Shown here: piece by piece, positions 48,301 to 57,658 of the stretch | How positions within the stretch are numbered: position 1 is the stretch's first letter | Layout: the number at the start of each line of letters is the position of its first letter | From: an uncultured virus (IMG/VR IMGVR_UViG_3300015607_003164) | Taxonomy: Duplodnaviria > Heunggongvirae > Uroviricota > Caudoviricetes | DNA: 63,252 bases | Virus record (IMG/VR): IMGVR_UViG_3300015607_003164 | Strand: one strand, 5' to 3' | The notes under the pieces: model-generated | Told to the model about the DNA's origin: nothing | What the model saw: the letters and a program-made list of their open reading frames with translations, nothing else | The model's database searches: none | Program-made: the position numbers and the translations under genes

Positions 48301-50172
48301 ATAGTTCCAGTTTTCCAAAACATATGTACTTACATCCTCAAATACCTCAGCCGGTGCAGAGTTTTTACTAATCTCAATTCCAAAAAGTTGATTGTTACTT
48401 AAATTAATTGTTAGTTTATTTTTAACAAAAGATTTTATATTTGATTTTACTTTTGGCGAACTTTGAGCTTCTTCAAATTCTATTTTTGTAGTTGGATCAA
48501 CTCTAATTACCTTAGTTTCATAGTCAGCCTCTGGGTCAATCCAGATGAATCCTGGTTTTATACCTTGTGATTTATTATAAGCGGTAATCTTTTCATCTTT
48601 AAGAGCTTCGTTTGAATAAAATCTAAATGGTTTAAATGAAAATCTCATATTCTCAGGAAAAGCTGGCTTATTGTTTATTTCTTTATAAACAGATGACTTA
48701 GCTTGTCCATACATAAAAACATTTTCAAGATGTGATTGTATGTTTAACTTATTAATTATCTCATTTGAGTATTGGTCTTTTTCAGATTGCTCTAAATCTT
48801 CCGATTGATACATTTTATATTTCACAATATCTGTAAAATATGATTTATAATCATTGGCTTCTAAACTATCAAAGCCAACAATCATAGGACTATCTTTTAT
48901 AGCATCTATATTACCGTCTAAAAGGCTCTTTTGTTTCTCACCATACTTTTTTATTTCCCAACCATCTTCTGGCTTAGTCTTGCTATCTTTTGTGAAGATA
49001 CCTTTCTCCCACTTATAGATAGGTGATCCAATTGATGGAAAAGATTTTGGAATAGGAGCAGTAGTCACATTGTTATAGTTAGGATAAATATTACCCATTT
49101 GCCATTTAGGCGAGTTTAATATCCAGTCCGCTCTCATAAACGGTGTGTCTAAATAAACAACTTGATTGTTGCTATTTAATGATACAGTTTTTAGTTTCTC
49201 AGATGGATCAAGAGGCGTTCCATCAGCTCTGAATATACCAAGTATAATTTTCTCTGGTTTATATTTATCATATGGGTCATCATTTTCTAAATTTAAATCA
49301 GATATTTCATCTGGTAGATCTTCTAAAGGAGGTAAGTCAATATATGTGTATTTGTAATCAATTCCTGGTATAAATTTACCAGTTGAATAAACAGCTGATA
49401 CTATCTGCCAGTTTGTATTATCAGATTTACCATCTGTTACTACTGATTGAGTACTTGTCTGTTTATTGGGCTTTATGTCTTCTCTAATAGCTTTTCCGTT
49501 TTTATCAATCTTAACTTGTTTTCCACCTGTCTTTGATAGCTTTTGTAATTTAGCAAGAGCTGCTTTTAATTCTTTACCATTTTGATAGCCAATTGCTTTA
49601 GGTCTATTTCCAGCTCCGTTATTACCAACAGGCTTTAATGATTTAGTTACCAATGGGTTACCAAGTAGTGGCATTACTCTGGCTATTATATCCTCAATCT
49701 TTGCTATATTTCCAATAACAAGTTTAGCTACTTCAAAATATGGCTTCTGTGTTTCAAATATTGATGTTAATAAAGTTTTTTCAAATCCTTTGAATCCAAC
49801 GCCTTCCATTGATTCAATAGAAACTTTATCTTTTGGTAGTTTAATTTTACCACCTTGTTTTAGAGTATTTACATCTGGTATTTTTGAGTTTGTAATTTCA
49901 GCAAACTTTTTGAAAACTTTCTCATCTTTTTGAGCAATTGGACTATTCAAAGTTTTGAACATTGCCTCTTTTGTCATTTTATCGGATATACCAATATCAC
50001 CTTCAACAAATTTTTGAATAAAATCTACATTTGGTACTAAAAATGAACTCGATGCGGTTATTCCAATTTCTTGAGATATTTTACTAATTGGAAGTGGCGG
50101 TAAAGCCAATGAAACCTTATACTTAACAAGAAGTGGATCAGGATAAATTGGAAATAAACCAGGTAAAGACAT
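45376..50172 (-). CDS. 1598-aa protein, probably virion-associated
   Basis: Long ORF; duplicated YSTGxFIxGxxYxYxYI motif; two amphipathic helical blocks. Confidence 0.8.
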   Translation of the reverse strand: MSLPGLFPIYPDPLLVKYKVSLALPPLPISKISQEIGITASSSFLVPNVDFIQKFVEGDIGISDKMTKEAMFKTLNSPIAQKDEKVFKKFAEITNSKIPDVNTLKQGGKIKLPKDKVSIESMEGVGFKGFEKTLLTSIFETQKPYFEVAKLVIGNIAKIEDIIARVMPLLGNPLVTKSLKPVGNNGAGNRPKAIGYQNGKELKAALAKLQKLSKTGGKQVKIDKNGKAIREDIKPNKQTSTQSVVTDGKSDNTNWQIVSAVYSTGKFIPGIDYKYTYIDLPPLEDLPDEISDLNLENDDPYDKYKPEKIILGIFRADGTPLDPSEKLKTVSLNSNNQVVYLDTPFMRADWILNSPKWQMGNIYPNYNNVTTAPIPKSFPSIGSPIYKWEKGIFTKDSKTKPEDGWEIKKYGEKQKSLLDGNIDAIKDSPMIVGFDSLEANDYKSYFTDIVKYKMYQSEDLEQSEKDQYSNEIINKLNIQSHLENVFMYGQAKSSVYKEINNKPAFPENMRFSFKPFRFYSNEALKDEKITAYNKSQGIKPGFIWIDPEADYETKVIRVDPTTKIEFEEAQSSPKVKSNIKSFVKNKLTINLSNNQLFGIEISKNSAPAEVFEDVSTYVLENWNYNPDVTLTPQQRIQNGNTYKISVWSKYPTRTYHKTTSNIRIYNDLLPIDISVLLASVNNEFFVYDLEYLSGRRYYKRYKYVVNLEPLRVRSLVGIYGPANIKSLFETFEKDKNASFSIKYKLKKVLAELLPTNFDSYDWNKFFNSLKRFFDYSNKGLVDINTKKTLSFTYNSVNYNFQLRIDELIKKVIDTVSTGDTLFYKLIDEILNFEYTFLFKLSDLFNKRISVPLPNGITQLNDSFGTKVYLKNEEIIRWYYINNHILLGPNSIPTNPTNITQFSLPPFGKEYKITINHDSDPETTYKNLQVSRQESNINQYSIKVSGDGFPYGKIIDPSRVANQVLSTNELYSKGKYGHGSKEDPQEIGVIKRYMLTDLDTESYYIIEGVLTDKNKQTETGGAPAGDGGGYYKLPHAIGAIKVFLSLLVDIVTKMIPLMAKIIALFKNPASFVTEILKEKMGEGFSIFSKESFKAFEDAKKKSNELKNVKPSEREKQIKDIFKNSPISNHVFVNKKGDYKFLLDGLAMIPFSIFGLQIPFGMEINLDKIPSSPINLVLKSNLPSAKVKNMQDFLKPSLKSFKGAGSDGKASGLSLSDLKSFKDDPIYKKAKMPKEYNDPNAGEILDIKYSTGTFINGVNYNYIYINQDTENILNNAQKIVDTNNESVDPTEAQKALEDLNNELKKDPNNSAIKDMLKKLKNKIRGLNDNTQPLLKMLLGLVTLPIKIVGGIIEWLMNFFKSLTNPLTLPSKIVELLSFSWIMKFFTPLGILELAGVKFKPEEILKWCGLVNIPNVKPPNKTPEIPVGTNLPELKYYKDALPKGRYLIPDDYEIVDWDQILSMPFMPKLPIYTARMHREMCGRPIKLVLPMLCLFEKIINGIIDFIWSTLGIEPLIPAPHIKLCSKSADPDVNDAIKISNDLKKDSNLDDKVGNLPNDLPADDGFVYDITLDDGTVVKGLNYEELQAYIKKHEDIGYDFKF

Positions 50173-50222
50173 TTAATTTTAAGATTTTAGTTATATATTC
50201 TTATATCACTATTTCCTAAAAA

Positions 50223-51602
50223 TTATTCTGTCTCACCTAATTGTTTTTTAGATATTAAATAATTGAAGTTATCAGCAATATCAAATTTATATTTTGCTGA
50301 TAATTTACCAGACATTTCCCCACTTGAGAATTTAACAACAATGAACATATCAATTAATGTAGTATCGTCTAGTTCAAGTTTTATTTTAATTGTGAAATCG
50401 TTTTTATCTTCATCCTCATTAACTGTAAAATTAACGTGGTAGTCAAATTTAATAGTTAAATCATCATAATGTTCTCTGAAGAACTCTCTTGACGGTACTA
50501 AATTAAATACATCACCATTTTTACCTAAAAAGTAAATAGGTCTTTCTAAACAACCCATTTTCTCAACTAAGGTCTTAAATAATTTCATTTTGACAGTGCC
50601 TTTTGCTACTTTCCAACCATCTTCAGTTTTCTCAATATCTTCTGTGTGATTAGATTTAAGTGAAGATGTCAATAGGTTCTCAAGTATTTTAGAGTTTAAA
50701 ATAACAATTTTAGTTTCTGTCCATTCTTTTGTTACCCTTTCAACATCCATAAAGCAATTATCTTTACTTTTCCAAATCTCATTCATTAAGTCTGGGAATT
50801 TAAGAATGTTTTTATTAAACTCCTCTATGAATTCACCAAGATATTTGAATTTTGGATCTTTATGTCTGATGTCAAAATACTCAAAGTAACCAATTGTATC
50901 AATTCTTTTAGGATCGATAAATCTTTCGATTATTTGTTGAATGTTTTTGTTTGAGTTTTCGTAAATTAATCTAATCCACTCTTGAGTAAGTTTATCCCAT
51001 TTAGGCAAATACTCTTCTTTGTAAAGTCTATCTATATCAGCACCGATTAAATCATCAGCGAACAAGCTAAATGAAGCAGTTTTTTGAGTAGCAAGATTTT
51101 TATTTAAGTAAAAGCTAAACTGATTACCATCTTTAGTTTCTATTACTATATCTTCTTGATGATCACTATCTTTATTTGGACCTATCCAGAATATATCTTT
51201 AATCATATCTGATTCTAACTTTGAATCTGGTAATAATTTATCAATAATATTTCTAGCAGTTTGTCTCGCTGATACTAACTTATCCCAATCTTTCTCAATA
51301 TCAAAGTCGGTCTCATCAAAGATTGAATTTACTTTACCTAAGTCATTGTCAGCAACACAAGTGTCACCATCAAATTTACCTAAGTTTAATCTGTTTTTTG
51401 CTAACAATAGATTCTTTAAGTCTGTGATGAATATTTCTGAGTTTTCAGAATATCTTGCTTTTAGTCCTCTATCTAATAAATTATCTAAGAATTCATTGTT
51501 TAGTAAGACCATACAAGTGCATATCTCATTTATTAAATTCTTGTAAGATATTTTCTCTTGTCTTGCTTCTTTAAATAATTTATAACCTCTCAACCATTTC
51601 AT
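50223..51602 (-). CDS. N-tagged 459-aa protein
   Basis: MKWLRGYKLFKE. Confidence 0.85.
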   Translation of the reverse strand: MKWLRGYKLFKEARQEKISYKNLINEICTCMVLLNNEFLDNLLDRGLKARYSENSEIFITDLKNLLLAKNRLNLGKFDGDTCVADNDLGKVNSIFDETDFDIEKDWDKLVSARQTARNIIDKLLPDSKLESDMIKDIFWIGPNKDSDHQEDIVIETKDGNQFSFYLNKNLATQKTASFSLFADDLIGADIDRLYKEEYLPKWDKLTQEWIRLIYENSNKNIQQIIERFIDPKRIDTIGYFEYFDIRHKDPKFKYLGEFIEEFNKNILKFPDLMNEIWKSKDNCFMDVERVTKEWTETKIVILNSKILENLLTSSLKSNHTEDIEKTEDGWKVAKGTVKMKLFKTLVEKMGCLERPIYFLGKNGDVFNLVPSREFFREHYDDLTIKFDYHVNFTVNEDEDKNDFTIKIKLELDDTTLIDMFIVVKFSSGEMSGKLSAKYKFDIADNFNYLISKKQLGETE

Positions 51603-51620
51603 GGATTTCTGATGTGATAT

Positions 51621-51646
51621 TTTAATATATATATATATATATTAAA
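51621..51646. promoter_or_regulatory. Palindromic bidirectional late promoter
   Basis: TTTAATATAT...ATATATTAAA gives TAATATATA on both strands between divergent tagged genes. Confidence 0.65.
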
Positions 51647-51666
51647 TTAATTAATTCTTTTTTGAA

Positions 51667-52302
51667 ATGAAGACAATAAAAACATATAAACAATTCAAAG
51701 AATCTATCTTGGTTGACTTAGCTTATCAAGATGTGATTGAATTAGTTGAATCATTGACGATATGGCATGATGCTTTACTTTCATCTATTTCAGCTGAAGA
51801 AGTAGATATGTTTGATACATTTAATTTACCGGTAGATGACTTCAAGGATAAATTAGATTTAGATGCGTTAAAAAATAATGTCGAGTTTATTAACTCATTA
51901 TCTTCGATTGCTCTTAAAAAGTCAGCCTTACAACATTCGGATGATTATTCTACGTTCTTGAATAAACCTTGTAAGTTTATGTTCATTTATGGTATAAATA
52001 GAAATGAATTAGAAAATCCAGATTATTTATTATTTCAATCTTGGAATGGAACATTAGATAAATGGGAAGAAGTGAAATGTTATAGAGTTTTAGGGGATAT
52101 AAAAAGATTCTATGATAAGATTAGTAGTAAAACAATTGAAATATTTGATGGTAGTGAGAACTATATATATCAAACATCAAATGGTAATGAATGGGTATTA
52201 CAAAATGCGGAAAAGGAAAATGATACTTTTAGAAAAGTTTTCAGAAGGGAAGAGTTTGATGATTTTTTATTTAATAGTAAATATAAAATTAATGTTTTAT
52301 GA
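51667..52302 (+). CDS. N-tagged protein, apparent target of the adjacent endonuclease
   Basis: MKTIKTYKQFKES. Confidence 0.85.
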   Translation: MKTIKTYKQFKESILVDLAYQDVIELVESLTIWHDALLSSISAEEVDMFDTFNLPVDDFKDKLDLDALKNNVEFINSLSSIALKKSALQHSDDYSTFLNKPCKFMFIYGINRNELENPDYLLFQSWNGTLDKWEEVKCYRVLGDIKRFYDKISSKTIEIFDGSENYIYQTSNGNEWVLQNAEKENDTFRKVFRREEFDDFLFNSKYKINVL

Positions 52303-53378
52303 TAGATAAAAGAGATAAGGGTTATTGGAATATAGATCGTGTGAGGAAAGAGGCTTTGAAGTATGAAAATAGAAATGAATTTAATAAAAATTCTAAATCT
52401 GCATATCTATCTGCATATAGGAATGGTTGGCTAGATGAAGTTTGCTCACATATGAAGAATAAAGACTACTCTTTTGATAGAGTAAAAGAAGAAGCATTAA
52501 AATATAAAAGTAGAATAGATTTTAGAAATAATTCAAATCCTTACTACAATTCAGCAAGTAGGAATGGTTGGTTAGATGAGGTGTGTTTACATATGAAACC
52601 AAAGGGTAGTCTATATAAAAGATATGTCTATAGGGTTCTTTTTGATGATAATTCTGTTTATATTGGACTTACTTATAACTTTAGCAAAAGAAGTATGGAA
52701 CATATAAAAATAGACAAGAGTTCTGTCTATAAACATATATTAAAAACTGGATTAGAGCCAAAGTTTGAATTAGTAAGTGATTTATTAGATAGAGAGGAAG
52801 CTATTGATTTTGAGCGTAGATTAATAAAAGAATATTCAGATTTAGGATTCAATGTATTAAATATTGCTAAAGGTGGTGGTTTAGGTGGTTCTAATATAAT
52901 ATGGACTTTTGAGAGAGTTAAAGATGAAGCATTAAAGTATAGTAATAGAAACTCATTTAGAATAGGTTCTCCATCTGCTTATATATCAGCGCATCGAAAT
53001 GATTGGTTAGATGAAATATGTTTACATATGCAGGATCTTAGAAAGTCTAATGGTTATTGGAATATTGATAGATGTAGAGAAGAAGCTAGTAAATATAATT
53101 CAAGAAAGGAATTCAAAGATAACTCAACCGCATATCAAATAGCATATAAAAATGGTTGGTTAGATGAAATATGCTCACATATGAATATGAGAACACCCAA
53201 TGGATATTGGACATTAGATAAGTGTAAGGAAGAAGCACTTAAATTTTCCAATAGGAGTGAGTTTAAGAAAAACTCACCTGCATATTATAAGGCACAACGA
53301 AGCGGTTGGTTAGATGAAATATGCTCACATATGAAAAAAGTTAAACATTTTAATGAGTGGGTATTACAAAATAAGTGA
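52299..53378 (+). CDS. GIY-YIG endonuclease with five ~45-aa repeats
   Basis: YVYRVLF..VYIGLT..R..EH..E..LN core; EALKY..R..F..AY..GWLDEICSHM x5. Confidence 0.85.
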   Translation: MIDKRDKGYWNIDRVRKEALKYENRNEFNKNSKSAYLSAYRNGWLDEVCSHMKNKDYSFDRVKEEALKYKSRIDFRNNSNPYYNSASRNGWLDEVCLHMKPKGSLYKRYVYRVLFDDNSVYIGLTYNFSKRSMEHIKIDKSSVYKHILKTGLEPKFELVSDLLDREEAIDFERRLIKEYSDLGFNVLNIAKGGGLGGSNIIWTFERVKDEALKYSNRNSFRIGSPSAYISAHRNDWLDEICLHMQDLRKSNGYWNIDRCREEASKYNSRKEFKDNSTAYQIAYKNGWLDEICSHMNMRTPNGYWTLDKCKEEALKFSNRSEFKKNSPAYYKAQRSGWLDEICSHMKKVKHFNEWVLQNK

Positions 53379-53415
53379 GACAAAAGTTTATTAAGGTTAT
53401 ATATTTTTACAAGGG

Positions 53416-53628
53416 AATGGTGATGTTAAAAACTTCTATGATAAACTATCCTCTAAGACTATAGAAGTTACAGATGGTGATGAGAATTATATTTATGTAA
53501 CTTCTGATGGTAATACTTGGGAGCTACAAAATGTGGAAAAAGAAAACGATGTCTATAAAAGGTTCTTCAGAAAAGATGAGCTTCAAAAGATATTAGATGA
53601 TAGAAAAGTCAAAGTTTCTATAGTTTAA
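53416..53628 (+). pseudogene. Orphan duplicate of the 3' end of gene 51667-52302
   Basis: NGDVKNFYDKLSSKTIEVTDGDENYIY... versus LGDIKRFYDKISSKTIEIFDGSENYIY...; no start codon. Confidence 0.85.
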
Positions 53629-54257
53629 TTTTCTAGTCTTGATTTAATATATCTAAGCATAATTTGATTCTTCTCACTATCATCACTATTATACCATTTC
53701 CAAGTAAGAGTTGATTCCATAAAAACAATGCCTTCTTTAAGTCTTGATATCTTTTCAGATATTAGATTCAAATCTTTGTCATCAATTTCGTATTCTATAT
53801 CTAACTCATCACATATTGAATATGTTCCTGGAATATCAAGCGAATCATAAAACTTAGTAGCTCTTATGTATATTTCATTTAGTTTCTTACTATTTGTTCT
53901 ATCAGGATGAGTTATCTTAACTATCTCTCTATAAAGTTTTTTAAGCTTAGTGACTCTAGCATCTACTTTTATTTCATACTCTTGAAGTTCATCTTCTATT
54001 TCAAACTCAAGATCATCTTCTTGGTTTTTTTCTTCAATTTCTTCAATTCTTTCTCTAAATATGTTTTCAATCTTTTGATTGATTTTTCTATCAAAAGCCT
54101 CTTTAATATCAGGATGCTTTTCTAAAAATTCGTTTACTGAGCTGATAAATAAACCCTCTATCTCATTTACCATCTCATTCTTATATGTGTAGTCAGATTC
54201 AACGAAGTTAAGTTCTTTTATTAACTTTCTAACTTCTAATTGCTTTATCTTGTTCAT
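53625..54257 (-). CDS. J-domain-like protein
   Basis: LKKLYREIVKITHPD. Confidence 0.7.
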   Translation of the reverse strand: MNKIKQLEVRKLIKELNFVESDYTYKNEMVNEIEGLFISSVNEFLEKHPDIKEAFDRKINQKIENIFRERIEEIEEKNQEDDLEFEIEDELQEYEIKVDARVTKLKKLYREIVKITHPDRTNSKKLNEIYIRATKFYDSLDIPGTYSICDELDIEYEIDDKDLNLISEKISRLKEGIVFMESTLTWKWYNSDDSEKNQIMLRYIKSRLEN

Positions 54258-54365
54258 TTACTTTTCTGAGTTTCGTAAATTATATATAAATCAGATAAGT
54301 GTTTGTTCGTTCAAAAAACGAAAAAATGAATATCATTTATAAGATTATAATTTAATATATAAGAC

Positions 54366-54887
54366 ATGACTAAATTATCACTATATCAACTTTGCTACAT
54401 CAAAGAGATGATGGAGACAGAAAGCCTTTCTGATGAGACCGAATACAAAAGTTTGTGTGAAAAAATAAACAGACTTGAAAGTCTTATGGAAGACGGTGGT
54501 GGAACTTCAGCAACCGGTGGACCTTCTGTTGGTGGAATGGGTGCTGTTGTTAATGCTCAACCATCCGGTTTAGCAGGTGCTACTATAGGTACTAATTGGG
54601 CATCAGGTGGTGGTACAGTTGGTTCTGGTGACGTTTCGGTTCCTTATAATCCAAGTGGTTCTAATAGAGTATTTCAAAAAATACCAGCACCTGGACTTGA
54701 AATGGGTAAGGGTCACGGACCAAGAACTGGTAAGAAGTCTAGAACTAAGAAGTTAGATATAAAAGCTCTAAGAAATGTTTTTGCTAAAAGACAAGACTGG
54801 ACAGCTGGACAAGCAAAAAACGGAGAAAAGAAAGTTATGAGTTTTGACGACTTTCAAAAAAACGATATAAATACAATTAAGAAATGA
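54366..54887 (+). CDS. Gly-rich late protein
   Basis: TAATATATA upstream; SATGGPSVGGMGAV. Confidence 0.8.
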   Translation: MTKLSLYQLCYIKEMMETESLSDETEYKSLCEKINRLESLMEDGGGTSATGGPSVGGMGAVVNAQPSGLAGATIGTNWASGGGTVGSGDVSVPYNPSGSNRVFQKIPAPGLEMGKGHGPRTGKKSRTKKLDIKALRNVFAKRQDWTAGQAKNGEKKVMSFDDFQKNDINTIKK

Positions 54888-55318
54888 AATACTTAAAAAG
54901 ATTTAACGAGTCTGACTCAACTTTAACTGAGCAACAAGTAGAAGATTATCTAAAGCAAAACTACACATCCGATTGGTTTGACTCTGAATTAAATGAAAGA
55001 GTTTATGATTATGTTGGTAGCGATGAAGCGGAAGAATATAATGATGATTATGTTGAAGCTTATAAAAATTTATCCACTGGTGGTGCTGTTGAGTATGATT
55101 TATTAGAAGAGATGTCAAGCGAAACATCAAAACATTTTGGTATACCTCAAGAGCAAAAAATAGATACTAGAAGTATAATGGATATTACACACGATCATCT
55201 AATAGATACTTGCTCTTGGTATGATAAATTTGTGTTTAATAGAAGATCAACTGAACCTTATAAATCATTTTTTGGTAATTCATATGATGATTTAAGTAAA
55301 AATATAAATTGGGACTAA
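54884..55318 (+). CDS. N-tagged acidic protein
   Basis: MKYLKRFNES. Confidence 0.85.
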   Translation: MKYLKRFNESDSTLTEQQVEDYLKQNYTSDWFDSELNERVYDYVGSDEAEEYNDDYVEAYKNLSTGGAVEYDLLEEMSSETSKHFGIPQEQKIDTRSIMDITHDHLIDTCSWYDKFVFNRRSTEPYKSFFGNSYDDLSKNINWD

Positions 55319-55798
55319 ATGAACTACATAAAGACTTTTGAATCTTTTGATCCACTTTATTATAGTGGTGGAGATGTAACAACAATGCCTGTAATTGGTA
55401 AAGTAATTACTAAACCATTCGGACCATTTCAATCTGGTGAATATGATGTAGTGGAAGTTATAAATACACCAAAAGGACCAATATATGTTGCTAATAAGTG
55501 GTATAAAGAACATAAAAAAGTTCCTCAGTTAATACACTTTGAATTAGTTGAAGAGTTTATACCGGTTAAAAACGAATCATTTGACATGAACAAATCTGTT
55601 TGTGACAGATGTGGTGGTTCAACAAATAATATAACAACAATGTCTATGTTTAATGAGGATATAATTTGCATGACTTGTAAAGAAGAAGAAAAGAAAGATC
55701 CCGAATATAAAGCAGCAGCAAAAGCTGAGACTGAGGCACTAAAAAGAGGAGAAAGAAACTATAAAGGTGCTATTCCTGACTACAAACCACTTAGCTAA
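55319..55798 (+). CDS. N-tagged protein with Zn finger
   Basis: MNYIKTFESF; CDRC..CMTC. Confidence 0.85.
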   Translation: MNYIKTFESFDPLYYSGGDVTTMPVIGKVITKPFGPFQSGEYDVVEVINTPKGPIYVANKWYKEHKKVPQLIHFELVEEFIPVKNESFDMNKSVCDRCGGSTNNITTMSMFNEDIICMTCKEEEKKDPEYKAAAKAETEALKRGERNYKGAIPDYKPLS

Positions 55799-55842
55799 TA
55801 ATTTTAGGCAAAAGAGGAACAGGCGTTTTTAATATATAAGAG

Positions 55843-56628
55843 ATGGAAAATGTTTTTATATATGCGCTATCTGATCCGAGAAACGATCAAGTTAGATATA
55901 TTGGTAAGGCTAATAATCCTTATGATAGGTATTCAAATCATTACAATTCAGCAAGAGATATAAATACACACAAAAGAAATTGGATTAATAATATTAGAAA
56001 AGATGGTTTAAGACCGGAATTAATTATTATTGATGAAGTACCAAAGAATGAATGGATATATTGGGAGAAATTCTATATCTCTTTATTTAAGACTTGGGGA
56101 TTTGACTTAGTTAATTATACAGGAGGTGGTGATGGTGCTACTTTCGGTAATAGTGGATCCTTTAAGAAAGGAAATATACCACACAACAAGGGTATTCCTT
56201 GTAGTGATGAAACTAAAAGGAAAATTAAAAATAAATTAACTGGAATTTCTAATGTTAATAGTTATAAGCCTATAGTTCAATATGACTTAAATTATAATAA
56301 AATAAAAAGTTATAAATGTATTAAAGATGCTGTAGATGAGAGTAATGGCTTTTTCAATGCTACCAAGATATCAAATTGTCTTACTGGTAAAAGAAAACAT
56401 CATAGACTTTTTATTTGGAAATATGATGACGGCTCAGACTTAAATAAAATTGAAATAAAACCTCTAAAAAAACAAGTCATTCAACTTGATAAAGATCTAA
56501 ATGAGTTGAATAGATTCTCATCTATAAAAAAAGCAGAAAGTGAAACAAATGTGTTGGGTGCTAACATATGTGCTTGTTGTAAAGGCAGGATTAAAACAGC
56601 AGGAGGTTATATATGGAAATACTTGTAA
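55843..56628 (+). CDS. GIY-YIG homing endonuclease with NUMOD-type DNA-binding domains
   Basis: FIYAL..RYIGKA..R; LVN.T.GGDG; IVQYDL and KTAGGYIWKY modules. Confidence 0.85.
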   Translation: MENVFIYALSDPRNDQVRYIGKANNPYDRYSNHYNSARDINTHKRNWINNIRKDGLRPELIIIDEVPKNEWIYWEKFYISLFKTWGFDLVNYTGGGDGATFGNSGSFKKGNIPHNKGIPCSDETKRKIKNKLTGISNVNSYKPIVQYDLNYNKIKSYKCIKDAVDESNGFFNATKISNCLTGKRKHHRLFIWKYDDGSDLNKIEIKPLKKQVIQLDKDLNELNRFSSIKKAESETNVLGANICACCKGRIKTAGGYIWKYL

Positions 56629-56678
56629 ATAAACAAATAATAATATTTTAATATAAATTAAAAAGTTTAAATACTTTA

Positions 56679-57224
56679 ATGAATAATAAAAGGGAAAAGT
56701 GCTTAATAATCGGGCCTAGTGGATCGGGAAAAGACTTCTTGATGAGGAAACTTGTTGAGAAAGGCTTAAAAGGCTGTCTTAAAATGACAACTCGTCCTCA
56801 AAGAAAAAATGAGATACAGGGAATTACTTATGACTTTGTATCAGAGTCTGATTTCATACAATCAATAAATGAAAACAAATTCTTAGCTTATCAAACATTT
56901 AATGTTACTCCAGAAAATAAAGAGCCAGAAACATGGTATTACGGAATAACTCTACAAGAATTTAACGAATCTCAAGTTTTTATAATGACACCAGGTGAAT
57001 TTAAGAACTTAACACCAGAGATGAGAAAAGGTTGTTTTGTTGTTTACCTTGATATAGACAGAGATATTAGAGAATCAAGACTATTTAACCGTGAAGATAA
57101 AAATGACTCTATAAAAAGAAGATTAGATGCTGACGATATTGACTTTGGTGATTTCAAAGACTATGACTTAAAAATAACAGATCCTGAGTTTTCATCGGAT
57201 GATGTTTATGACCTAATGGATTAG
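56679..57224 (+). CDS. gmk: Guanylate kinase-like protein
   Basis: GPSGSGKD, TTRPQRKNE..G..YDF, WYYG. Confidence 0.8.
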   Translation: MNNKREKCLIIGPSGSGKDFLMRKLVEKGLKGCLKMTTRPQRKNEIQGITYDFVSESDFIQSINENKFLAYQTFNVTPENKEPETWYYGITLQEFNESQVFIMTPGEFKNLTPEMRKGCFVVYLDIDRDIRESRLFNREDKNDSIKRRLDADDIDFGDFKDYDLKITDPEFSSDDVYDLMD

Positions 57225-57658
57225 TATAACTTATAAACTGTTAAATATAAGTGATCGTAAGTGTCAAAGTGTAGGTTATAATCAACATACATCGCATTAA
57301 CTTCTTCTAAAAATTCCTTACTTAGCGTTGATGTAGAATAGATAGTAGCTTCTATTTCAATTTTTTCAACATCATCATAATTATCTGAATATCTTTCAAC
57401 TTTAGGTAGAACAGCACCGTATCTTATTTCATGCTTATCAAGTAGTGACTTCAATTCAGATTGTGCTTCATCAGTAAAAATTCTTAAATTATTTGTAAAT
57501 GACTGCCTTGATGATTTACCAATACCATTACAGTCTTCACATTCATAACTACCCATAGCACCAAACATATTAATCTCTCTATCTACTTCGCCTGTTCCGT
57601 TACAAGTAGTACAGATATTATCACTTTCGTATATCTTATATGGTTTTAAGTGTTTCAT
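57221..57658 (-). CDS. N-tagged protein with DnaJ-type Zn finger
   Basis: MKHLKPYKIYES; CTTCNGTG, CEDCNGIG. Confidence 0.8.
   Translation of the reverse strand: MKHLKPYKIYESDNICTTCNGTGEVDREINMFGAMGSYECEDCNGIGKSSRQSFTNNLRIFTDEAQSELKSLLDKHEIRYGAVLPKVERYSDNYDDVEKIEIEATIYSTSTLSKEFLEEVNAMYVDYNLHFDTYDHLYLTVYKLY

Noticed and set aside
45530..49357. Several + strand ORFs inside the 1598-aa gene
   Set aside because: Antisense shadows of a long minus-strand CDS; Ser/Phe/Leu-rich with no start context.
52299..53378. Internal repeats as a CRISPR array or DGR template/variable pair
   Set aside because: They are in-frame protein repeats with synonymous variation; no adenine-specific pattern and no reverse transcriptase in the window.
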